This document shows positions 7,700 to 14,771 of a stretch of 14,771 nucleotides of DNA, one piece after another. The position numbers and the translations under genes were made by a program. The notes under the pieces are model-generated. The model saw only the letters and a list, made by a program, of their open reading frames with translations. It did not search any database and was not told the origin of the DNA. The DNA comes from Meiothermus sp. GTDB lineage: Bacteria; Deinococcota; Deinococci; Deinococcales; Thermaceae. Each line of letters starts with the position of its first letter. Within the stretch, counting starts at the first letter, position 1. The stretch is from NCBI GenBank assembly GCA_033762915.1, contig JANRLD010000018.1, forward strand, positions 1 to 14,771, read 5' to 3'.

Positions 7700-8220
7700 T
7701 GTCCGCCCACTTGAGCCAAACACACCCCGTCGCAGACCTCGCGGCCAAGGTTTTAGCCGCGATTTTCACGCTGGGCGGCGTGGTTTCTCTAGCGGCGCTG
7801 GCTCCCTTGGGGGACGAGGCCAAGCTGCTGCGGGCGCTGTGGGCACTCGAGGGCGAGTTGGCGAACGGCAGGCTGGGGGTGATGCTGGAGCGGGTCGCGG
7901 GCGGCTGGCGGCTGGTGGTGCATCCCGACCACCAGGAGGCCGTCAGCAAGGTGCTCCAACGCCCCCCGCTCACGCTCTCGCGGGCCGCCTTGGAGGTGTT
8001 GACCATCCTGGCCTATCACCCCAACTCCAGCCGCGCTCAGGTTGAAAGGCTGCGGGGGGCCAGCGTGGAGGGGGTGCTCGAGGCACTGGTGGAGCGGGGG
8101 CTGGTCGAAGTCGGCGGCCAGGACGCGGGGCCGGGAAAGCCCAACCTCTACCGCGTCACCGAGCGGTTCGTGGCCGACTTCGGCCTCGAGGGGCTCCACG
8201 AGTTGCCCGAGGTGCGCTAG
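7696..8220 (+). CDS. scpB: ScpB-family (SMC-Scp complex subunit) protein, orphan copy
   Basis: VAGGWRL...LSRAALEVLTILAY...SRAQVERLRG...LVERGLVE...PGKPNLYRVTERFVADFGL..L.ELP matches the ScpB consensus. GTGATG overlaps the abiEii stop, so the start is 7696 or 7699. Confidence 0.88.
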   Translation: MMSAHLSQTHPVADLAAKVLAAIFTLGGVVSLAALAPLGDEAKLLRALWALEGELANGRLGVMLERVAGGWRLVVHPDHQEAVSKVLQRPPLTLSRAALEVLTILAYHPNSSRAQVERLRGASVEGVLEALVERGLVEVGGQDAGPGKPNLYRVTERFVADFGLEGLHELPEVR

Positions 8221-8237
8221 GGTTGCAGTCAGCAGCT

Positions 8238-8438
8238 TTAAGCGGCCTCCTCAAACGGGGCCGCGAGGTCGGTGACCGGTTCCGCGTCCCAGGACTTATG
8301 CGCCTCTATTGGCTCCAAGGACTCCAGCGATCCCAACCCGCCGCAGGTCAGGCAGGACTGAAAGCACTCGAGACCGATGTCGGTCAGCCCAGTGCTGCCG
8401 CAATCCAAGCAGGACATCGCGTGCCGCGGCAGGGGCAT
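8238..8438 (-). CDS. Small putative zinc-finger protein (CxxCG...CxxCGGxG)
   Basis: 66 aa containing CLDCGSTG and CLTCGGLG. GAGGAGG SD lies just upstream and there is a TGATG overlap with the preceding ORF. Confidence 0.6.
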   Translation of the reverse strand: MPLPRHAMSCLDCGSTGLTDIGLECFQSCLTCGGLGSLESLEPIEAHKSWDAEPVTDLAAPFEEAA

Positions 8439-8614
8439 CAGGCAGCCTCCTCGAGGCCCTCCGCTGCGGGACAGGCGGATAGGCTGGGGCTCGGGCAGTT
8501 CGAGGGCTCGAGGGAGGCCCGCTCGGCCAGGGCCAGTGCCGCGTCGTCGGGGTCGGCGTGGTGCTCGAGGGAGGCACGAAAGTCAGCGAGACCGCTGGTG
8601 GATTCCTTGCTCAT
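8438..8614 (-). CDS. Small hypothetical protein (58 aa, below the ORF-track cutoff)
   Basis: Manual translation MSKESTSGLADFRASLEHHADPDDAALALAERASLEPSNCPSPSLSACPAAEGLEEAA*. Its stop overlaps the start of the zinc-finger ORF. Confidence 0.45.
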   Translation of the reverse strand: MSKESTSGLADFRASLEHHADPDDAALALAERASLEPSNCPSPSLSACPAAEGLEEAA

Positions 8615-8767
8615 GCCCTTACGCTGCGCCGGGGAGGCGCAAGGGTGGGACCTCCACCAACGGGCATAAGCTCAGCTAGATTCTCGTCACGAATGCTACT
8701 TAAGGGCCGCTACCTTGTGCCAAGGGGATTTTCACCCACACGGCCCCCATTGGCTTGCTGGCCGAGC

Positions 8768-10984
8768 TCAGGAAATCGGCGGGGTTGGAAAAGCGCTCTG
8801 GATAGGGCCGATCAGGCTGTCGTCGGGCTCGAGATTCAGTCTCTCGCAGACCTTCTGGTAATTGCTCAGGTACATACCCGCATCCTCGGCCATGCCTGAG
8901 GGGTTGTTTCGTAGGAAGGGCGTTTGTAGCAGGTCTTTGGTGATGCTAAGGCATTCGGCATAGGCGTAAAGGGCATCCTGCAACCGACTCAGACTGCTGA
9001 ACCGATTTCCAAGATTGTTGAGCGACGCGGCCAGGTCTGGCAAGTTGGCGGCTGGCCGTGACTCAGCCAAATCCCTGCGAATATTGACCGTCATCTCGGC
9101 GGCCGCTAGGGCCTTTTCGTGATCTCCAATCACGTTGTAGAGGGCGCTCACGTTGTTAAAGGCCGCCGCGAGTTTGGGCCAGTAGGTATCTGGGTTATCC
9201 CCGGCCAGTCTGCTGTAGGCCTCTGCTGACTCTGACAAAGCTTGTGCGGCATCTTCCAGGTGCCCCATCGCGCCGTAGAAGACCCCCACGTTGTTGAGTG
9301 ACATCGCTAGGTCGGGCAGGTACGCAGACGGCTGCTTCTCGGCCAACTCGGCGTAGATGCTGACGGCCTCCTGGGTGCTGGCCAGCGCCTCCTCGAGTCT
9401 ACCTAGTCGGTGGAAGTCGCGGCCCAGATTGTTTAGGGCTGCTGCCAATTCGCTCAAGTGGACGGGCTGCTCGTTGGCCAACTCGCGGTAGACGCGCACC
9501 CCCTCCTGAGTGGTGATCAGCGCCTGCTCGAGCCGTCCGGTTTTGCTAAGATCGCATCCCAAATTGCTCAACGACATCGCCAAATCGGGCAGGAATGCCT
9601 CCGGTTGCTCCTTGGCCAACTGCCGATAGATGCCTACGACCTCCTCCATGATCGGAAGAACCGCTTCGTGGTTACCGAGGTCGTCGAGGCGGTTGCTGAG
9701 GTTGTTCAGGGAATTCGCCAGACTGGGCAGGTGCGTGGCAGGTTGCGAGGCCGCCAACTGACGGCGGATTGTGACGGCCTCCTCTGTGACCCGCAGCGCC
9801 TCCTCTAAGCGCCCCAAAGTGCTTAGAAAGACACCCAGGTTGCTCAAGGAGATGGCCAGCTTGGGCAAGTAGGCCGCAGGCTGCTCCTCGGCCAGGTGGC
9901 GATATATCTCTGCTGCTTCTTGCGTCGCACGCAAGGCCGTTTCGTGTTCTCCTGCCCGATTGAGGTCGCCCCCGAGGTTGATCAGTGACATCGCCAAGTC
10001 GGGTCGGCAGGCGGGCTGTGTTTCGACCAGCATACGGTGGATTTTGACCGCTTCCTCCGTAGCAGATAATGAATCTTCGAGTTTACCGATGCTCTTCAGG
10101 TCGAGGCCCCGGTTGTTCAGTGCGCCCGCGAGGTCAAGTTGGAAGCGTTCAGGTTGTGCTTCAGCCAGCCTGCGATATACTGCCACCGCCCGCTGGGAAG
10201 CCTCGAGCGCCTCCGCACGATGACCCAACGCGGAATGTGCGAGGCCCAGCACGCTATAGCCATCCCCGGTGAGTTCTCCTTCGGCCAACGCCTGCGCCAG
10301 TGTGAGGGCGCTCCGGCCATGGGTCAGTGCCTTCTCGGCGTACCCGCTATCCAGGTGGGCTTTGGCAAGGCGCAACTCCAGTTGTGCGAGGTGCCGGGGG
10401 TTCGGGTCTTGGATGGCCCGTTGGTCGGCCAGCAGTGACTCCAGCGCTTCGACCTGAGACCCCCGCTGACCCGCCTCGACCCATAGCGGGGTCTCGCCCA
10501 CGGACACTCCTGTAGGGTTCTCAGCATCCTCCCTGAAATCCAGCACCGCCCTGCGTACCGCGAAGGTGTCCATCGCTCGGCGTGAGACCTCCGCCAGCGC
10601 AGGCTCGGTCAGACAGAACACCAACCCATGTCCCAGTCGGCCCAATTCCTCGCGGTGTAGATTGAGGTATCCAGAGAACTTAACCAGCGCCTGGTCATGG
10701 CTGCTGATATCCACCCGGATCAGCACCAGACTGCGTTCACCAAGCTCGCGCAGACTGGGCAAGAAGTTCGGGTCATGAAGGCCGATGCGACCCGAGGGGA
10801 TGTAGATCTTCCGCAGGCTGAGGGCAGGCTCATCCTCGAGGGCAGCCACGACTTGAGACCAGTCATCCGCCTTTTCAAAAATGGCAAATGTGACGAATGC
10901 CCGACTGGTGTGGCGGTACAGCAGCAGCAACTCCCTCACGGCGCGGGCCTGTCGGGGGCTGAGAAAGTGCGGCTGGGTCAGCAT
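8768..10984 (-). CDS. TPR-array protein with an N-terminal alpha/beta domain (possibly a degenerate P-loop/STAND-like domain)
   Basis: About 11 long (45-46 aa) TPR-type repeats of the form LAxSLNNLGxxLxxLGRxEEALxxTQEAVxIYRxLAxxQPxAYLPD. The N-terminal ~150 aa contain YLNLHREEL...LVFCL...RRAMDTFAVRRAVLDF and no Walker A. Confidence 0.9.
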   Translation of the reverse strand: MLTQPHFLSPRQARAVRELLLLYRHTSRAFVTFAIFEKADDWSQVVAALEDEPALSLRKIYIPSGRIGLHDPNFLPSLRELGERSLVLIRVDISSHDQALVKFSGYLNLHREELGRLGHGLVFCLTEPALAEVSRRAMDTFAVRRAVLDFREDAENPTGVSVGETPLWVEAGQRGSQVEALESLLADQRAIQDPNPRHLAQLELRLAKAHLDSGYAEKALTHGRSALTLAQALAEGELTGDGYSVLGLAHSALGHRAEALEASQRAVAVYRRLAEAQPERFQLDLAGALNNRGLDLKSIGKLEDSLSATEEAVKIHRMLVETQPACRPDLAMSLINLGGDLNRAGEHETALRATQEAAEIYRHLAEEQPAAYLPKLAISLSNLGVFLSTLGRLEEALRVTEEAVTIRRQLAASQPATHLPSLANSLNNLSNRLDDLGNHEAVLPIMEEVVGIYRQLAKEQPEAFLPDLAMSLSNLGCDLSKTGRLEQALITTQEGVRVYRELANEQPVHLSELAAALNNLGRDFHRLGRLEEALASTQEAVSIYAELAEKQPSAYLPDLAMSLNNVGVFYGAMGHLEDAAQALSESAEAYSRLAGDNPDTYWPKLAAAFNNVSALYNVIGDHEKALAAAEMTVNIRRDLAESRPAANLPDLAASLNNLGNRFSSLSRLQDALYAYAECLSITKDLLQTPFLRNNPSGMAEDAGMYLSNYQKVCERLNLEPDDSLIGPIQSAFPTPPIS

Positions 10985-11002
10985 ATCCCACCAAGGGAGG
11001 AC

Positions 11003-12250
11003 TCACAGAAGGTCACGTACCACCGGGTTGACGTTGTACCAGGGGTCGGGGTCGTCGTCGCGGTACTCCAGAATGCTGAGATTGTACAGAAGCTGCTGGT
11101 AGTCGGCAGAGTTGTCCACCAGCTTGCTGGTGCGAACCTTGCGCAGCAGATCGATCTGATCGAAGGTCAGGATGCGCCGGTAGTCAGCCCGCTCTTCGGC
11201 AGCAGCGCCCCGAACATCGATCACCGAGATGCGCAGCCGGTTGTCCAGCAAGGCGTTCATACAGGCCTTGTTGGCGAGGGAGATCAGGCTTCGGGCCAGC
11301 CCGCCCGACTGCTCAGCAAGCAGGGTGAGCGCATCGGGTTCAAACAGGCCCTCCGAGACCCGGAGGGTCAGGATACGCTGGAGTTGCCCCAAGCCGTTAT
11401 TATTATCTGTCTCGTCGCGATTGTAGATGCTGATGTTGGGCAAGTTGAAGTCTTGAAAGTAGGCGTTGTTCTGCACGAACCCTTGGTCGTTACGCAGTGA
11501 CACCGGGAAGGTGTAGACGACGTGTACGGGGATGTCGGCCAGTGACTTGCCGTACTCAAAGAACAATTGCCGTGCCGCTTCGTCGTTGGTCTTGTCCAAG
11601 TCCTCCACGATCACCAGAATCTTCTTCCCCAGCCTTTCCTCCACAAATCGGGCCAGCTTTCCAATCGCCGAAACCAGGAGCTTGAGGGAGCCACTGATTC
11701 GCTTGCGCACAGTGGTGCGGCTTTCGCGCTCACTCCCTAGACGGCCAAACGCGGCAATCAACGACAGGATGCCGGGCTTTAGCTCGACAGCCGACTCGTA
11801 CTTTTCCTTGTAGTGCTGCTCCTGATATACCTCGGCGAAAAAGTCCACGATGGGTTTGAGCATCTCATCGGGAATCGCGTTGGCAACCGCTGGGACAGAT
11901 TTGGCGGCCTCAACGATCCCCAGCCCCACCGAAAACACCACGTCGCGGTAGTCCAGATCGTAGATGTCGAGTTTGTCCTGCACTGAGAAATGAACCAGGA
12001 AGAACTCCGCCCCCAGCTCTTTGTTCAGGCGGTAAAGCTCGGTTCCTTTTCCCGAGCCTTTTTGCCCGCTGAAGAGGAACTTGCTATACCGCGTTGGTGA
12101 GGTTCTGAGCGCCAGTTGGAGTCGTCGCACCATCTGCCGACGCTGACTGAAATCCCGCTCCACAAAGAACGCCTCGTCCTCCGGCCCCAGAGGCAACATG
12201 GGATCGAGGTTTCCCAGGGCATCTTCGAGGTTATGGGCGGTGGTCATCAT
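11003..12250 (-). CDS. P-loop ATPase (STAND/Cdc6-like AAA+ related)
   Basis: Walker A FSGQKGSGKGTEL, Walker B ILVIVEDLDK, SGGLAR helical motif and C-terminal ILEY...WYNVNPVV. It ends 18 nt before the TPR gene starts. Confidence 0.88.
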   Translation of the reverse strand: MMTTAHNLEDALGNLDPMLPLGPEDEAFFVERDFSQRRQMVRRLQLALRTSPTRYSKFLFSGQKGSGKGTELYRLNKELGAEFFLVHFSVQDKLDIYDLDYRDVVFSVGLGIVEAAKSVPAVANAIPDEMLKPIVDFFAEVYQEQHYKEKYESAVELKPGILSLIAAFGRLGSERESRTTVRKRISGSLKLLVSAIGKLARFVEERLGKKILVIVEDLDKTNDEAARQLFFEYGKSLADIPVHVVYTFPVSLRNDQGFVQNNAYFQDFNLPNISIYNRDETDNNNGLGQLQRILTLRVSEGLFEPDALTLLAEQSGGLARSLISLANKACMNALLDNRLRISVIDVRGAAAEERADYRRILTFDQIDLLRKVRTSKLVDNSADYQQLLYNLSILEYRDDDPDPWYNVNPVVRDLL

Positions 12251-12260
12251 CTCGAGCCGA

Positions 12261-12269
12261 ATTCTACCA
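12261..12269 (-). promoter_or_regulatory. Extended -10 promoter for the ATPase-TPR operon (near-leaderless)
   Basis: Minus strand TGGTAGAAT (TGn plus TAGAAT) ends 10 nt before the ATG at 12250. No SD sequence. Confidence 0.5.
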
Positions 12270-12582
12270 TCCCATAATCCAAGCCATTTTTGAGAGTCCC
12301 TTACCCGGCAGACTTATTGAGTCACAGCTAGGATGGTCGAGAGCCGTCGCTAGTTGTGAATGAACAGCGCACGTTCGCGGGTCTCAAGCGGCCTCGAGCA
12401 TCAGGCAGGTTAGAGTCATTGGCTTAGCTGTGGGCCTACGCTCGCATTCCATGACCTCTCCTCTACTCACTTGGACAATGCCCTTCAGGGGCGTAGAGCT
12501 AGGGGTTGGTTGCAACGGTATCCGACAGACCTCACAGTGAAAAAGCACTCTACTGGTTTATAAAGACTATTCAAGTGACAGA

Positions 12583-12607
12583 ATTCACGATAATTCATTT
12601 CGTGAAT
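12583..12607. promoter_or_regulatory. Inverted repeat ATTCACGA-N9-TCGTGAAT, candidate protein-binding site
   Basis: Perfect 8-bp arms at 12583-12590 and 12600-12607 within an AT-rich tract upstream of parA. Confidence 0.55.
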
Positions 12608-12666
12608 CTTTACTTTAATATTGTTCCGGGTAGGCATTTAGTCACGCCAATCAACATCGAGCGCGA

Positions 12667-12703
12667 TTTTGCACGTTTTGCATTTTTGCACTAGACTTAG
12701 CAC
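12667..12703 (+). promoter_or_regulatory. Leaderless sigma70-type parA promoter overlapped by TTTTGCA repeats
   Basis: -35 TTGCAC (12669-12674), 17-bp spacer, -10 TAGACT (12692-12697), then ATG after a 6-nt gap (12704) with no SD. TTTTGCA at 12667, 12676 and 12684. Confidence 0.7.
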
Positions 12704-13717
12704 ATGCCGACGACCGATCTTGCCGAAGGCGGGCTGACCCTCGAGCAGGCGGCAAAACGCCTAGGGGTCTCGCCGTCCACAGTGAGCCGCTACCTCCAGC
12801 TCAACCGGCTGGTCGGGGCCTATCGAACCGACTCGGGATACTTCATCCCAAAGGATGTTAAGGTCTCCCCTACCCTCAGAACCGCCCACATCCCCCGGCT
12901 GCACCGCTATGCTTGGCGGGCCGAGCCGCTGGTGGTGGCGGTCTGGAACCAGGCGGGCGGGGCGGGTAAAACCACCCTGTGCCGCGAGATCGCCTTCTTG
13001 GCGGGGCAATGGGGGTTGCGGGTCTTGGTCTGCGACCTCGATGCCCAGGCCAACCTCACGAGTTGGTCGGGGGTGGAAGAGGTGGCTTTAGGGGACACCC
13101 TGTACGAGTTCATCGCCAAGGAGGGGGCCTTGCCGCCCGCCCAGGAGCGCCACGGATACGAGTTATACCCGTCGGGTCTGGCCTTCGACGCGGTGAACAG
13201 CGAACTGACGGCGGATCTGATGCTGGCTGCGGCCCAGGGGCGGGCGGGCACCAAGATCATGCGGCTGCGCCAAGCCCTGCGGGCCATGCCCAAGGACTTG
13301 ATCCTGCTGGACGGCCCACCCAACATCACCCCCATCGTCACTGCCATGCTGCTGGCCGCGCACGAGCTGATCCTCCCGGTTGAGGTTGGACGCAAGGGCC
13401 TGGAGGGGGCCGACGCGGTGCTGCAAATGCTCAACAGCGCCAAGGGTTTTGGAGCGGTGCCGCTGCGCCCGAGGGTGGTGGTGCCGACCAAGTTCTCGCC
13501 CTCAGTGAGCGAGGCCCACGGCTACCTAGCCACGCTGCAAAACCTATTCGCTGCCGAGATCACCGCCCCACTGAACCTGCGCGTCTCGCCCTACTCCAGC
13601 GCCCAGACCCACGCGGTTCCACTGGGTGTGGCGGATGCCAGCTCGTTGGCGGCGGCGGAGATGATCGAGGTTGCTGAGTCGGTGCTGGGCCGACTGGGCT
13701 TCAAGGAGTTGTCATGA
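12704..13717 (+). CDS. parA: ParA-family partition ATPase with N-terminal HTH
   Basis: N-terminal HTH LTLEQAAKRLGVSPSTVSRY, deviant Walker A NQAGGAGKTT, VLVCDLDAQANLT and LILLDGPP. It overlaps parB by ATGA. Confidence 0.93.
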   Translation: MPTTDLAEGGLTLEQAAKRLGVSPSTVSRYLQLNRLVGAYRTDSGYFIPKDVKVSPTLRTAHIPRLHRYAWRAEPLVVAVWNQAGGAGKTTLCREIAFLAGQWGLRVLVCDLDAQANLTSWSGVEEVALGDTLYEFIAKEGALPPAQERHGYELYPSGLAFDAVNSELTADLMLAAAQGRAGTKIMRLRQALRAMPKDLILLDGPPNITPIVTAMLLAAHELILPVEVGRKGLEGADAVLQMLNSAKGFGAVPLRPRVVVPTKFSPSVSEAHGYLATLQNLFAAEITAPLNLRVSPYSSAQTHAVPLGVADASSLAAAEMIEVAESVLGRLGFKELS

Positions 13718-14634
13718 GGCGGGATCTGCGCGACAAGGGAACCAGCAAACTGGCGAATGTGGGGGCCTTGACCAAGACCCTGGCCAGCCTTCAGCTCCAC
13801 AACAACCAAAATCTCGAGTCTGAGGGCGGCACGCAGCAGGTGCCGCTCGACAAGATCCTCATTGACCCAAAGCAGCCCCGCCGCTACTTCAGCCCTGAGG
13901 GCCTGGGGAAGCTGGCCGCCTCCATCGAGGAGCACGGCCAGCAGGAGCCGATTTTGCTGGCGCGGCGGGGGGACAAGTTTTTGTTGGTGTTCGGCGAGCG
14001 TCGGTACCGCTCCCATCTGCTGCTCCAGCGAAAGGAGATCTGGGCGGTGGCGCGCGACCTCACCGATGCCGAGGTGGTGGAGATACGCGCGGCCGAGAAC
14101 CTCCAGCGCGAAGACTTGAACCCCCTTGAGGAGGCCGATCTGTTCGTCGGTCTCATCGCCGCGCGTTTACAGCGGCCTGCCGCAGAGGTGCCAGCACTGC
14201 TCTACAGCCTGCGGCGCAAGCCCGAGCACGATGGGGTCAGCCGCGAGGAGATCGAGGCCTTGTTCACCACCTTCGGGCGTAACCTTGATAGTTTTGTGAC
14301 CAGCCGCCTGCCACTCCTGAAGCTCTCCCCTATCCTGCTCGAGGTGCTGCGCCAGGGGCGGCTGGAGTACACCAAGGTGCTGCTTCTGAAGCCGCTGGCG
14401 GCCGAGCAGCAGAAGAAGGCGGTCAAACACTTCTGCTCCGGCGAGTACGAGCAGGAGCCACCCACCCACCAAGCCATCCGGGAGTGGGTTGCGAGGCTCA
14501 AGGGGCCTCCCGCCAAACCTCGCTATCAGCTCAACCTAGCCCGTTTCGACGTGGACAAGCTCACCGAGTCCGACCGTCGGCGCTTCGACCAGGCGTTCCA
14601 GACCTTGCAGCAGCTAGTTAAGGAGTACGGCTAG
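13714..14634 (+). CDS. parB: ParB/Spo0J-family partition protein
   Basis: QPRRYF, GERRYR (CTP-binding arginine patch) and AENLQREDLNPLEEA. Coupled to parA. Confidence 0.94.
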   Translation: MRRDLRDKGTSKLANVGALTKTLASLQLHNNQNLESEGGTQQVPLDKILIDPKQPRRYFSPEGLGKLAASIEEHGQQEPILLARRGDKFLLVFGERRYRSHLLLQRKEIWAVARDLTDAEVVEIRAAENLQREDLNPLEEADLFVGLIAARLQRPAAEVPALLYSLRRKPEHDGVSREEIEALFTTFGRNLDSFVTSRLPLLKLSPILLEVLRQGRLEYTKVLLLKPLAAEQQKKAVKHFCSGEYEQEPPTHQAIREWVARLKGPPAKPRYQLNLARFDVDKLTESDRRRFDQAFQTLQQLVKEYG

Positions 14635-14745
14635 AGCTTGCTAGGAAGGCGTTCGTAAAACCTCAACGACTTTGGGCAGGAGCAGAATAGAGAAAGCCAG
14701 CCAGTGGAAGCCCCTGAGAGTTTCAGCGAGACGTTCGTAATCCCG

Positions 14746-14771
14746 TGTAAGGCGACGGAAACGAGCCATCC
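14746..14771 (+). mobile_element. Possible start of a second IS terminal inverted repeat (IS21-like), truncated by the window end
   Basis: TGTAAGGCGACGGAAACGAGCCATCC begins with TG and shares AAACGAGCCA (14759-14768) with the reverse complement of 116-125. Only 26 nt are visible. Confidence 0.35.

Noticed and set aside
6812..7723. 303-aa antisense ORF spanning abiEii
   Set aside because: It shadows a well-supported gene in GC-rich DNA and has no recognisable motifs.
8223..8669. 148-aa plus-strand ORF after scpB
   Set aside because: Low-complexity translation. The minus-strand ORFs have an SD, coupling and a Cys motif, so they fit better.
10697..11500. 267-aa plus-strand ORF across the TPR/ATPase junction
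   Set aside because: It is antisense to two well-supported genes and has no domain signal.
11003..12250. ATPase as CBASS Cap6/TRIP13 or IS21 IstB
   Set aside because: There are no HORMA genes, it lies on the opposite strand far from CBASS, and its length and motifs do not fit IstB or TRIP13.
12453..12507. Possible structured RNA (CTCTAC/GTAGAG stem with an inner GCCC/GGGC hairpin)
   Set aside because: The pairing relies on several G-U pairs and bulges, matches no family I recognise, and cannot be told from chance without covariation data.
12506..12694. 62-aa ORF upstream of parA
   Set aside because: It covers AT-rich promoter and operator DNA, starts with TTG and has atypical codon usage.

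Overview
GC-rich accessory region, probably from a plasmid or megaplasmid and probably of a Deinococcota (Meiothermus-like) host. The host guess rests on strong CTCGAG enrichment and leaderless-type promoters. It reads as a defence island: a complete type II (ubiquitin-like) CBASS operon (CD-NTase, Cap2 E2-E1, Cap3 JAB, Cap5 HNH-SAVED), then an AbiEi/AbiEii type IV TA pair with a coupled orphan scpB, small coupled ORFs, a two-gene P-loop ATPase plus TPR-array module, and an HTH-ParA/ParB cassette. An IS21-like end lies at the left edge and possibly another IS end at the right edge. The most unusual feature is a second, divergently transcribed CD-NTase upstream of the CBASS operon. It is catalytically intact, lacks the C-terminal Cap2-conjugation tail, is much more basic than its paralog, and has its start codon inside a perfect 10-bp hairpin. 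The second candidate for a new system is the effector-less ATPase/TPR pair. All assignments come from reading motifs by eye; no searches were run.
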